Positions 41,916 to 54,259 of a stretch of DNA of 64,000 bases are shown piece by piece (positions within the stretch are counted from its first letter, which is position 1; each line of letters opens with the position of its first letter). The notes beneath the pieces were generated by a model. It saw nothing but the letters and a program-made list of their open reading frames with translations. It was not told the origin of the DNA and searched no databases. This DNA is from Eledone cirrhosa (Eukaryota). The stretch is taken from assembly GCA_964016885.1 (NCBI GenBank), contig OZ024743.1, positions 34,968,001-35,032,000 on the forward strand, given 5' to 3'. The translations under genes and the position numbers were made by a program.

Positions 41916-43490
41916 CTTGCAAGAGAGACTGAAGACGCTGTGATACAGCAAACAATTTATTCAGTCTTTTCTTTAGCTTCAATTGATGTGAAATGTCACG
42001 GACACAGTCTTCAATCAGCCTCTCAATATCTGACAAATACAATGTGAGTTGCTTGCTCACATTGTAGCTCTCAGACAAATGCTTCAGCAATACTACCACT
42101 TCAGTGATAGTGCCACTAGCTGAGGTCATCATTGAATGATGTGTGCCTCTTAAGAGTTTACTAGATATTGCAGAGTCATTATTAACAGACAGATGTAAAG
42201 CTTTGTTCTTTTGTGGAGAACGCAGTTGAGGAGATTGGCTGGCATTAAGATCAGTCAAATAACCAGATAAACACTCTTTACCAACACCAGACAGCCGTTG
42301 CTGTTCATTCTTATGAACAGCAAGTTCTGACTGCAAAGAGTTGATTATCTCAAGATCTCGCTGAATCTGATCATTCAGTTCAGCCACCTGGCTCTTAAGT
42401 CTATGTACACTGTCCATACATGCAGGTTGTTTACAATGGAAATCAACTTGAGTGTCGTTATGTGTTTTCAACTGACCACCACCAGTTATTTTAAAAGGAG
42501 GAGCGTCTCTGGAAAGGGGTGACTTTGGATAGGAACTTTTTTCTGAAGTATTTCTAAGAGATTTTCCAGATTTTTCAAGAGTTTTTTTGTACCATTCAAC
42601 TTCACTATTTTGCTGATTAATTACAGCATCCATTTCCTTTATTTTTTCTTTTAGTTGCAGAACCTGAGTATCTGAATCTAATGTGTCATCTAATTCTTGA
42701 AATGAATGAGTTTTTAAAATACTTGAGCTTCGTTCCTTCTTATTTCTTGAACGCCTATGATGTACAGAGTTTTCCTTGTCAAAGGATAATGTAGTACTAC
42801 ATCCGGCACTATGACCAGCTTTCGTACAACGACAGTACTTTCGCTCTTCTCGGAGTTTGCGAATTTCTTTAGCCATGTGGATTATTAACTCTGGTTTAAA
42901 AGGTGGATCAGAAGAATCATCTTGAGAACTCATGGAAATTTGTTGTTTTAAAATAGAAATAGTGTTGCTGGCTTTATTTAGTTCCATCTTCAAATCGACT
43001 ACTTCTTTTTTAAGTTGATTTACATCAGTAACATGCTTCGGGTCAATTTCTCCGACGTGATCTACCAGACCTAGTTTGGCACGTAGTAGCTCATTTTCCT
43101 TATTCTTCTTATCAAGAAGCGTTTGTAAGACATCTAGTTGTAACTGAAAATGTTCCTGTTGTGGAGATTTTAAATTGTTCTGCTGGGATAATGGCGTTTG
43201 TTCTGGGTAAGATAGTGAAATGGATGGATTGCCTGAACATGACTGTTCATCTAATATAAATTGTTGAAGGCTATGGCTTGTTGCTGGAGTACTACACGCA
43301 GTTGAATGAGTTACCTTGAAATGTGATTTGCTACCGCCCACAATAGGTTTAGGTAAACTTGAGCTCAATTTTGATATAGGTTTTATAGAATGACCAGGCA
43401 GGTTAGCTATTTCCTCACTGCCACTGCCATAAGTTTCTGTTGGACTCACATCTTGAGGTGCAGGCAAAGGCAATACTGGCACACCATTAC
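41916..43490 (-). CDS. Large exon (525 codons): Ser/Pro-rich linkers plus coiled coils
   Basis: Core of ORF 41812..43677. tgttacag acceptor, G|gtaag donor, 1575 nt, phase 1-1. Confidence 0.88.
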
Positions 43491-44001
43491 CTGTAACACA
43501 AACGCAAATTGAATATTGATAGCTAGAGATTAATTTCACATAAACTACAAAAGTTAGGTACTGATAGAAATAACATTTAACTAGCAGCAGCTTCACTTTG
43601 TCGGTATCCTGAGTGCCCCATTTATTGATGTTTTTAAAGTCAACTTGAAAAATGTGCAACAAACAGGAAACCAGCAATAATGACAGAGTGATGCCAGTTT
43701 TCTATAAATTAATACTCTATTATATGTGTTGAGTATTTTTTCTCTCATTTGTACATCCTAATGCATATATATAAAACCATTAACATTTAATGTTCATTTT
43801 ACAAGATATAACAAAAACTAATTTTAGAACTCAGTTCAAGAATGCAAGAGTAAATTTTGTAAAATGTTATATCAATTCATTCTTTAAAAATTTGTACAAG
43901 ACATTTGAGTAAATTGAGGTAAAAATAAAAATATATTAACCAAAATAGCGTGATCTAATGGAACAACTGAAACAAAATAAGGAAATTCCCATATAACTTA
44001 C

Positions 44002-44156
44002 TTGAATGGTCAAGAGACTGGCTGGATCGGTGATGAGAATCCAAGTCAGCTTTTAGCTGTCTAAACATGTTTGAGCGTAGTTTATTATTTTGGTCAATTC
44101 CTTGCTCTAACTGCTGCCTCAAATTTTGTAGAGCTAACAATTCTCTTTCAGCACGG
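44002..44156 (-). CDS. Exon (S)RAERELLALQNLRQQLEQGIDQNNKLRSNMFRQLKADLDSHHRSSQSLDHS
   Basis: tttgtacag acceptor, A|gtaagt donor, 155 nt, phase 2-1; carries the family-type LRQQLEQGIDQNNKLR motif. Confidence 0.87.
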
Positions 44157-44281
44157 CTGTACAAAAGAAAATTAAATGTGTCACAATAATTGACTGAAAA
44201 CTTCTTTATTGTCTGTATTTCATATTATTTTTAAATATTTTTTATTCACAGATAAAATATAAGTAGTAACAATGCAGTTAC

Positions 44282-44394
44282 CTTGGCTCATCAAAGGCAC
44301 TTTTACGTAAAGAAACCCAGATATTTTGTTCTGTTAATAATGAATCCCTCAATGCTTTCATTTCTTCTAGCTGTTGCTGCATTAACTCCCACAT
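44282..44394 (-). CDS. Exon MWELMQQQLEEMKALRDSLLTEQNIWVSLRKSAFDEP
   Basis: ctcttgcag acceptor, AG|gtaac donor, 113 nt, phase 0-2. Confidence 0.83.
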
Positions 44395-44726
44395 CTGCAA
44401 GAGAAGTAGTAAAGTGTATAGTCAGTTTTGGTTGGCCACATGAATATATGTTAGAGGTGTAACTTGAATGTAAGGTAAAGTAAAAAGTGAGTTGAAAGAA
44501 TGGCTGGAAATTAAAGGCACCTGACAAAATAGAGTAGGGCCTGACCCCCCCCCCCCCCCCCGGCTAACTTTGCTTTAGCGAGGAAAATGGCCTTAAAATG
44601 CTTGTCCAATATTCCACCATTTCAGCCACTCCACTCTCTTCATATAAAATACGAATAATGATATGCATTAGTTCTTTGGGTTATTATAAGCTATGGACTT
44701 GAAATTGAATAATTAAGATTACCAAC

Positions 44727-44870
44727 CTTCTGGTCAGATTCTTTGACACTGCTGCGGCAAGGAGAACTAGCTTCAGATGCACGATCTTTCATATGAACAT
44801 ATTCTTTCCTCAATTCTAACAATGCCTGGTTTTCTCGTTCAAGTTCCATCATACGTCCTCGCATCTTTTC
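44727..44870 (-). CDS. Exon EKMRGRMMELERENQALLELRKEYVHMKDRASEASSPCRSSVKESDQK
   Basis: gttcatag acceptor, AAG|gttggt donor, 144 nt, phase 0-0. Confidence 0.82.
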
Positions 44871-46043
44871 CTATGAACACAAAACGTAAAACAGTATTTA
44901 ATATATGATATGATTCAAAATAAATCCTCATAAGTCTTAGTACTGCTTCAACAGCAGTTGATGACTAACAATGTTTACTATCCAGTGGCGATCAATACAA
45001 ATTAGAAAATTACTTCTTAGAACTTTAAAACTAATCCAGACGCATATACCATATTTCCCAGCAATAGCAATATATGAAACATGTTTTAGAGCCAGTCAAT
45101 AATAAAGTCACACTGGAAACTTAATAGTTGCACCATATTTTTGGCATTTGTTTTAAAGAGAATAAATAGTGAAATACAGTGATAAGAAACAGATAGATAA
45201 TACTGTCACAAGAAAGAAATGTGAAATTAGTGATGAATTGTGCATTGACTTCACTTGTGTTAAAGATACCAGAAACAGATTATCACAACAAATGTTGATG
45301 TCAAGACTTGCAGGTGTACCGTATAACCAATTGTTGTGTACTAGTAAAAAGTTGATTTTAGAGGTGGGACTAAAAGGAGAGGAAAAGAAATTGCAAGCAG
45401 GGAAAAAGCAGACGTAAAATGAAATGAAATGAATAGAGAGAAGAGATGACAATTCATTTTTCATCATCATCATTTCATTTTACGTCCGCTTTTCCCTGCT
45501 TGCAAGGGTCGGACGGGAACTGATTCTGGCTTGATTTCTACAGCTGGATGCCTTTCCTAACACCAACCTCATTTACAGTGAGTGCTGGGTGCTTTTTTGC
45601 CGTGGCACCTCCACGACCACTTTGCTTGAAAAATCAGCTTAACCCTTCAGATACCAACCCAGCCAAAACAGCTCTGATTCTATGAAATAAAACCACCTAT
45701 TTTAAAGGTTTCTAATTTAAATTAAAATCTTCCAACACAATTATCTACACGGCCACCTTACAGAGTGAACTGGGTGCTTTTTCTCATGTCACCAACACGA
45801 CCACCTTACAGTATCAACTGGGTGCCTTTGTTGTTGTGGTGCCAGATCAGTATACAGGGAGAACTTTGTGCTTTTTGTCATGACAACAGCATTATGGGAG
45901 TTCAGCTGTTGAGTGTGTCCAGCTTTCATGGTGTATCAGGGCTGGGGTCGAGAGCAGGTGAGCAAGTTCGACATCGATTAAGTGTGTGGGATAATTAGCA
46001 GGTGAGAGTGGATGGAGGTGGAGAGAGGGTTGCTGCAGACTAG

Positions 46044-46044
<1 letters not shown>

Positions 46045-46078
<34 letters not shown>

Positions 46079-47247
46079 AATACTGTGTACAGTTCTCAGG
46101 TGCACTACAACTCATCAAAAAGTGTATGTATAGTACACAGGGTAATGTACAAACGTCAGGAAAATGAACAGTGCATGAGTCATGATACACACGTGTGCAT
46201 GTGTATGGAAGGGGTACATCAGGTGTAGTTTTGGTGTATTTCGGGAAGCATGAGTGTCTTAAAGGATGCAGTGTCTCGGCAGCTAACAACTGACGCAGGC
46301 AGTTTGTTCCATGCTTCAGCAACTCTGAGCGTGAAAAAATGTCTACGAAAGTCATGGGAGCTGTGCTGTTTTCTGATTTTGTAGGCATGTCCACGTGTGT
46401 TAGACACATGGAGATCAAAAAGGTGCTCAGGGTTGCAATTGGCGAGATGGTTAATAACTTTGTGGGTATTCACCAAGTCCATTGCCAGACGTCGGAGCTT
46501 CAATGAATCCATGCCCAGGGAAGCAAGGCGTTCAGAGTATGGTAGGTGTCTGATGGAGGGTATGCGCTTGGTTGCACGTCTCTGAACAGTTTCCAGGAGG
46601 TCAATGTTCTGAGCAAGATAGGGGTTCCAGACTGATGATGCGAATTCCAAGTGTGGTCGTACCATAGCTGTATACAGTTTTAAATAGATGGCTGGAGAGC
46701 GGCTAACAAAGGTCTTGCTGAGTGATGCCAAGACACCCTCAGCCTTCTTGACAATCTTAGAGACATGCTTTGTCCAATGCAAATCACTGCTGACAGTAAT
46801 GCCCAGGTCACGTTCACAAGAGGACTTCTTGATATCAGTGTTGTGGAGGGAGTATGTGGACGCTGGATTTTTCCTCCCAAAATGCATGGTGGTACACTTG
46901 TCCATAGCCAGCTTCAGTTGCCAGTCTGTGATCCATTGCTGCATTGTGTCCAGGTCTGATTGTAGGAAAGAGTTGTAGATTTCAGGATCAGTCCTTTTGA
47001 TTTCAAGGTACAGCTTGATGTCATCTGCATATTTCAGTACTGTGGCATTCTGTAAGTTGGCATCTATGTCATTAATATATGCCACAAACAAAAGGGGACC
47101 AAGAACAGATCCCTGTGGTACACCAGATGACATCTCATATGGTGAAGAATGCTGTCCTAGAAACGTGACTACCTCTTTTCGGATGAGAATGAAGGATTTC
47201 AACCAGTCGAAAAGATCATCCCTCACACCCATTGCAGAGAGTTTTGA
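46045..47247 (-). mobile_element. 5'-truncated CR1-clade LINE (reverse transcriptase C-terminal half, 3' UTR, (TTA)n tail)
   Basis: SGVPQGSVLGPLLF, YADD, ERDLG, LYTAMVRPHLEF, LETVQRRATK and WNKLP motifs in ORF 46219..47496. Confidence 0.93.
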
Positions 47248-47830
47248 TGTTTGTTTCATTCCATTTTGTGCACATGGGAAGGCAGGTCTTCTGTAGTACA
47301 GCACAGTATGATGCCAGAAATCTCGATCCCATGTCATCTCCTTTGTCAGATTTAATTGGGCATGGTCAACTTTTATCACTTCATCCAAAATTTTTCTAGC
47401 TATTCCTCTTTCATAGTTACAATCAACTTTGAGTGCATATCCTTCATATGCATCACATGACCAAACCACCGCATTCTCCTCTCCAGTATACTGCATCTGA
47501 CCCCTTTTATGCTAAGTTTTTCTTTTAGTTCACTGATGCTTTGTTGTTTAAGTACACTACTGTTACACATCCACCGAATCATGCAAGTTTCATTTCTTTC
47601 CATTCTTTATAGATCCCTGCAGCATTGCTGTTCGTACACAAGCCTCATACAATCTACCTTTCATTTTGAGGAAATAATCGTTTATAACTAGCAGTAGTAG
47701 TAGCTCCTTGAAATTTTTCCATCCCGTTCTATCTCTGGCTACAATAATTTAAGAACATCCACCTCCACTGCTAATAGGTAACAGAAACTATAGACTACTT
47801 TTCGAAGACTTCTGGGCATTTAAAGGGGCT
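47248..47830 (-). pseudogene. Degenerate RTE LINE ORF fragment
   Basis: ERNETCMIRWMC...ERRMRWFGHVMHM and MTWDRDFWHHTV lie in different frames; homologous to 54288..55151. Confidence 0.85.
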
Positions 47831-48913
47831 TGATTTCTGTGAGCTCTTGCTCCTACCTGAAATGAAATTATGATGAAGAGTTTTAATATAAATAGGGACA
47901 TTTAAAAATGAGCAGTTTTATATCATAAAATCAGGAGTGGTGTTAGGCAAGGTGATATCAAAAAGGTTAAATGATTATGTCTAAAAATAAGATTTAGTCG
48001 ATTTCTGTGAGACAATATGGCCAATATAAAATAAGGTGGTAATCTTAATTAGAGAATAACCATAATGATAATTTAGTGGAATTCAATAATGACATACAGT
48101 CCTAGAAAATAGAATAAATAAATGTCAACATTCACATAATATACATAAACCATGCCAAAAATATGCAAAGTACAACATAAAAATAAAATATCTTAAAATA
48201 AAATTAACTGTAAAAAACATAAGTTATTAACATGGGAAAATGGATAGAAAAGCTAGCATGGCAAAAAGATAGAAAACAAAAGATGTGACGGCAAAATAAA
48301 ATAAAATAAAATAAAAAATAAAGAATTGAAGTTAAAAATTTGAATTTCTATTAATGAAGGGGAATTTTTTTAAACTGTACATCTATGACCTTCAATATTT
48401 GAAATAATTTAAAATGGAATTATGACACCACCTGAAGAATTTGTCGACAATTATAGAATTAAAGACTTCAATTATTTTCTGGTGAAGCAACTTTTGTTTA
48501 AGGGGAAACATCTCAACTTATGTTTCAGTTACCTTGTTTTTTATACATAACTCAGTGCTATGACTCATGAGCAGTAAATAATGAATAATGATGAAGATGA
48601 TGATGATGATGAATAAGAAGCAGAAGACCATCATCAACAACAACACATACATGCACACACACATACAGTTTAATTGCTGCAGGAAAATTGATTTCAAATC
48701 ACAGTCAACTCTGAAGTGGTTGGCATTAAGAAGGGCATCCAGCTGTAGAAACCATGTGTTAATGAAACGTATGAACAAGACGTGGTCATCCGACCTGTCA
48801 AGTCTCAAACTGTGACAATCATTTAACCCATGATAGCATGGAGAATGGATGTAAAATGATGAGGATGATGATGAAATCAACTTTGATAATACCCTACAGT
48901 AAAAAGAACTTAC

Positions 48914-48961
48914 AGCATCCATTCGAGCCTTATGTTCAAAGTTCCATGCAGTAAAGAGTTC
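48914..48961 (-). CDS. Exon ELFTAWNFEHKARMDA
   Basis: strong polypyrimidine ttcctttag acceptor, GCT|gtaagt donor, 48 nt, phase 0-0. Confidence 0.7.
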
Positions 48962-49757
48962 CTAAAGGAAAAGAAGAAAAGTACAATAATCGGATATATC
49001 TTCCAAACAATAATTATCATAATCAACAAGTCAAAGATAATCTATTTTCTTAAAAATTACTGGACCAAAGAGTACAGTGTTTAAAAGATGAAAAAAATTC
49101 AGTAGGATAAGTTTTAAAAGCACAGCAATTCATAAATTTAGATATGTTCTTTATGAAAAGTACTTATATGCTTGCAAGTAAAAGAAAATAGAAATCCATA
49201 AAGGTTACTTCATTTTAATTTGAGACACCAAGAAATGTTTTCATAAGACAGGTTTTTATTTTATGGCATAGTTAGAAGACGAATACTAGCACCCTGACTT
49301 CCAAAAGGGGTGGAGAGAAGAGAAGAAACCACAGCTCATGGACTGCTGTAGGAGGAAGTAACACATCAAAATACTGGATCAGGAGACCTGCTCTGAATGC
49401 TTGCAATAGAATAGAGTGTTAAAGTCACTCAAGGGTCAGGTGGGAATAAACTGGGTAATGATGTTAAACTGGACAATGGAATAGGTGCATGACCCACAAA
49501 CAGGTATAGTCAAATGGGTTTCTGCACTATTTCTCTCTACCCAATTTCACTTACAATACTTCAATTGATCTGAGATTATTGTTGAAGACTTACCTGAGAT
49601 GCTGCACAGTGGACTAAAAACTAAAAACTATGCAACTGCAAAGCAAACTGCTTAACTGCATGGCCATGTTATCATTATAGTCTACATATTTACACAGATG
49701 CATGTGTATATATGAGGGGGGGGGGGCAACAGTAATACAAGGAGAACACAACCATAC

Positions 49758-49807
49758 CTCTTTAGCCTTTTTAAGTTGTTCATCAAGGTTCTGTAATTTT
49801 TCATTAA
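49758..49807 (-). CDS. Exon (I)NEKLQNLDEQLKKAKE
   Basis: attctag acceptor, GAG|gtatg donor, 50 nt, phase 1-0, matches the previous exon's phase. Confidence 0.8.
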
Positions 49808-49868
49808 CTAGAATAAAATAAAATAATAAACATGTTGAGTTACATAAAATCTCCATCTTTATAGGTTA

Positions 49869-51161
49869 CTAGCAGAATGGTCCGGCGTTACTCGGGATTT
49901 GCTCCAGGATTCTTATATATTTGATATATATTTATCCTTATTGAGCCTCGTGAAATAAATACGTTTATTTATATTTTGTTATTGTGTATGCAAAAATATC
50001 TGTACACGAATATATAATTATATATATATCTATATATCTAAAACAGAGAATGTCTGTCTGTCTGTCAGCTCACTAAAACTTGAGAACCACCCAACTGATT
50101 GTTTTCAAACTTTACCCATGTAATACTTATGGTCGTGTGAGTGTTTTGAGCAAAAGATATTTCAAATTTTCAATGCCCTAGGGACCGCATTAGGCGATTT
50201 AGCAATCTCTCTCTATAATTCTTAGACTTTCTTTTTAGATAGATACATAGATATAACGTTGCGCCCTTATAATATCTGTCTGTATGTCTGGCTGTCTGCA
50301 TTACGTCATTATGACGCGATCAGTGTGTGTGTGTGTATATATATGTAACGTAATGCACACAGCAAGACATATAGCTTTCCTTCCCCTCTTCCAGCATCTC
50401 TCTCTCTCTCCCGCTATCCCCCTCTTTTAGTCTGTCTGTTTCTTTCACTCTCACTCTTTATAACTCACTCACATTAATACTAAAGGGTTAAGGTATAGTT
50501 CTCAAAATAAATAATATTAAATCTATGAGATTTTTATATTATGTGAGATAAAGCCTTTACCATGAAAATAATATAGTATATATAGAGTAATGTAAATGCT
50601 AAAGGGTTAATTCCATCAGACCATGTAAGAGAGTTTATAATCACTCACGCACACATACACACTCACGCATGCAAACACACACGCACGCACATACGTACAC
50701 ACACACGCAATAGTTATTCCACTGTCATGTATCGTTGACGCATACAACTCTCAAAAGACGGCGTCTGTCACTCTCTCTCTCTCTCTCTCGCTATCCCCCT
50801 CTTTTAGTCTGTCTGTTTCTTTCACTCTCACTCTTTCTCTCTGTAACTTGTTCACATTTCTCCCCTCTATCGAAAAACGCTGTGACGAATGGGGAGAAGG
50901 AGGAGGAGTAGAGAGCCACTTCTTCACTTCGCCTCTCCGTTTCTTTCTCTCCCCTCTCACTCCCTCATTATGTACAGACATTGGCCACTTCACTAATTCG
51001 ATCCCTAGGTAAGAATAATTTGAAATTTTTTTTTTGGCACAAAACACTTCTGGGGCCATACGGGTTACATGTATAAAGTTTGAAAAAAAAACGGTTGGGT
51101 ACTTCTTGAGTTTTAGGGAAACAGACACACAGACAGACATCCTCTGTTTTATATATATAGA
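49869..51161 (-). mobile_element. Composite non-autonomous Helitron-like element
   Basis: Minus strand A|TCtatatata... start, cccgagtaacgccgg hairpin and CTAG|T end; microsatellite-rich interior; same terminal design as 18346..19238. Confidence 0.75.
50480..50610. mobile_element. Partial MITE copy within the Helitron-like element
   Basis: ttctcaaaataaataatat...gtaatgtaaatgctaaagggttaa. Confidence 0.75.
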
Positions 51162-51174
51162 TTATAAATTATGA

Positions 51175-51353
51175 GGCGGTGGATTGGCAGTAGAGGGTCG
51201 GACGCCATGCTTTGCAGCACAGTTACGTCCCTTTACGGACTGAGTTCAAATCCCGCCGAGGTTAACTTTGCCTTTCATCCTTATGGGGGTCGATAAAATA
51301 AAGTACCAGTAATGTACTGGTTAATTGCTGGCCTTGTGCCAAAAGTAGAAACA
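51175..51353 (+). mobile_element. Same SINE family, full length
   Basis: B box and core present; TSD attataaattatga. Confidence 0.9.
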
Positions 51354-51931
51354 ATTATAAATTATGATGGTAATTTAAAAGGTCCCAGAAGCAACGAATA
51401 AAATATAATCCGTTCGATCATGTGATAAATTTAATAATACACGTACAACCACAGCATGACTGTAGTCTAATAACTGAAACAAATAAAAGAACATGAAATG
51501 ATGATGATATATATATATATATGCCTAGAGAGAGAAAGTCATCATTTTTATCTGTCCTTTAAAGCTTACACAGGTAGGACAAAGACCGGAGCTTATCCTG
51601 GTTTCATGAGGCATAAAGAAATTGTGGCAGTGAGTTTGTCTGTAGTAAGAGTAACATCTGTAGAAGAGCTAACATCAACAGCTAATATTAATATGACATA
51701 ATAAATGTCTGTAGAAGGACTAACATCAATGCACTCCATGGTGTCTATTTACAAGTCACCTCAGCTGTTGAGAGCTGTGTACTCTGGATCACAAACACAC
51801 AAAGCAAGATTAACAGAATATTAATTCAGTTCTCTCTTGGCTCATATGTCCACATTCTTAGGATTATGTTGAACATTTCAATTAAAAAGAAATATGTGTA
51901 ACATTAATATCAATAATGGCAACAGACTTAC

Positions 51932-52088
51932 TTGCAGGAATAGAATCCTGGTCCTGGTATTTCCGAAGTTCATCCTGTATAAACTGGAATTCTATAGACA
52001 TTGTCTGTTGTTTGGCAGCTTCTTGTGAATTGGATTCCTGAAGTTGACGGATGAGAGACTCCTTTTGCTGGCAGCTATCCACCAATGT
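51932..52088 (-). CDS. Exon TLVDSCQQKESLIRQLQESNSQEAAKQQTMSIEFQFIQDELRKYQDQDSIPA
   Basis: gtcttag acceptor, A|gtaagt donor, 157 nt, phase 0-1. Confidence 0.83.
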
Positions 52089-53041
52089 CTAAGACAAATA
52101 TTATTACATAATACATTGTTACTGAATTTATATTTATACCAGATATCAGTTATTATAGACAACTATAACATACATTTATAGCTAAAATTTCCAGTTCAAT
52201 AGTAAAATTGACACTATGAGGTGACCATAATTATATGCATTAGAACAGACAACACAGGAAAAATATTTCACACTCTGTAAGATACTTGTATTTTAAAGGT
52301 GCAACCATGTCACAGTGTATCAACTTAATTTCATTTGAGAATTACATCAAGGACACTTGTCCTTGCCTTACTTTTTCACTTCAGTGAGTGGTGTTAAAAC
52401 TTTCAATACCTCCAAATTATAGTTCAACTGCTGCACAGAATCAATCTATTTTTGAACAATTGTTGGATTGCTTCCAGTTCAGCAATAAGCTTCACGCTAT
52501 GAGACAATAGGTGCATGGTCTAATGGTTAGGTTGTTGGTCTCACAATGATAGACACATGAGTTTGATTCCTGGAATGGGTGGTGCATCATGTTCTTAAGG
52601 AAGAAATTTCATTTCACATTGCTTTTCATGATAGGACTGGAGACCCTATTATTTAAAGTTCCTGTGGGATAGAACCTCATAGGAAGCCAGCTAAACCTGT
52701 ATATGTGTGAGTTGTAAACTTCATTATTTTTTTTTTTTACACCAGACTACTGAGAAGAAATATCTGTCACAGGACCAACATGACTTTTTGTTTGCAATAT
52801 TCTCGGGATCATTCCACAAGTTGTCTTCATGATGTTGCCACTTTAGTAATAGATGCACATGAAATGATGCTTTATTACACATTTCACAGGTCTCACACAA
52901 ATCTTTTCAGCAGGCTTTATATAATACATTAGGCAATTTTTATTCAATTAATTTTATGTACTACTGGCAGACATTTATGAAAAAAAGACCAAGACCCACA
53001 TTAATATCTGCCCAGCCAACAAGGTATTAATAAAGGCATAC

Positions 53042-53137
53042 CTTTATTGTTTTATCTCTGTCTTCCAGTGAAGAGCGCATCTTTTTCAATTCTGTTTCTT
53101 GCATCTTTTCAATAAGTGCAGAATTAGCTTCTAAAGT
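53042..53137 (-). CDS. Exon TLEANSALIEKMQETELKKMRSSLEDRDKTIK
   Basis: ctttgcag acceptor, AAG|gtatg donor, 96 nt. Confidence 0.85.
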
Positions 53138-53450
53138 CTGCAAAGAATAAGATAAGATGTTGATAATGAAAGACTTTATATTAAACCATTTAGCTGCAAC
53201 ATACATGACATTGGAGTTTTATAAGGCTATATGCTATCTTAAGTCAATAATGATTTCTATTTTAGGCACAAGGTCAATCATTTTGGGGGAGGGAAAAGTT
53301 GATTAAATTGACCCCCAATACTTGATAGGTATCATTTTATTGACCGCAAAAGGATGAAAGGCAAAATTGACTTCAGAGAGCTTTAAATTTAGAAAGTAAG
53401 GAGCCAGAATAAATACTGCCATGCATCTGAAAATAGTTCATAATACATAC

Positions 53451-53546
53451 CTGAATTTCGTAATCCTTGCGGCTGATTTCCAAGCGTAACTTCTGCAGTT
53501 CCCTGATTTTGTCAGCCATTTCTAAGTTCTGTTTATCAATTAGATC
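53451..53546 (-). CDS. Exon DLIDKQNLEMADKIRELQKLRLEISRKDYEIQ
   Basis: poly-T aatcag acceptor, CAG|gtatg donor, 96 nt. Confidence 0.87.
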
Positions 53547-54259
53547 CTGATTAAAAAAAAAAAATTGCAATTATTATTCTTCTGATTTTTTTTACTCTAT
53601 TGGCAAAACTTGCAAGAAAAACCAAATTGTATTTTAATAATTTTAAAGAAGAAATGGAGCTGACAAAATTCCTTTATCAGATGTTACACTTTAGGCTATT
53701 ATACAATTTAATTATGATGATGATGGATCCCAATTGGTTTCAACGAAGAGTACTCAGTTAATTTATCAACTGAATGTCTGGCTTGTAAATTAATATGTAA
53801 ATGGTGGAGTATTCAATAGCTATGACTACCTTTACATAATTCTTAAGCCAAAGCATCATGGCACAATATGTGATATGGCTGGATCCTTTGAATTACAGGT
53901 ACAATCCATCTGATGAGCATCCATGCCATTTCTGTCCACCCAATTTCACTCACAAGGTAAAGACACTTGCTCAAGATGCTATGCAGTGGGATTGAATGTG
54001 TGACTTCATGACCACTCAGCCATGCCCCACATCCACAATCTAATTATAAGATGCATAAGCACATTGGAACCAAGTTAGTAGCAATGAATATTCTGACCTC
54101 AAATAATGTATATACGCATATATCTTTTTTATCCTGAAATGAAAGCAGAACATTCTATAGTTCGAAAGATAAATAATGAGACTAATATTCCAATCAACTC
54201 ATCAGTAATTCGATGATGACTCATCTCAGAAAAGTAATTCAATAATATTGTTTACTTTT

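Noticed and set aside
41812-43677. Standalone 621-aa single-exon gene
   Set aside because: Both ends are intron-like hydrophobic read-through, and splice sites at 43490 and 41916 match the phases of neighbouring exons.
48533-48570. Extra exon MSHSTELCIKNK with an AAG|gtaac donor
   Set aside because: No convincing in-frame acceptor, and the flanking exons already join in phase. An alternative start cannot be excluded without RNA data.
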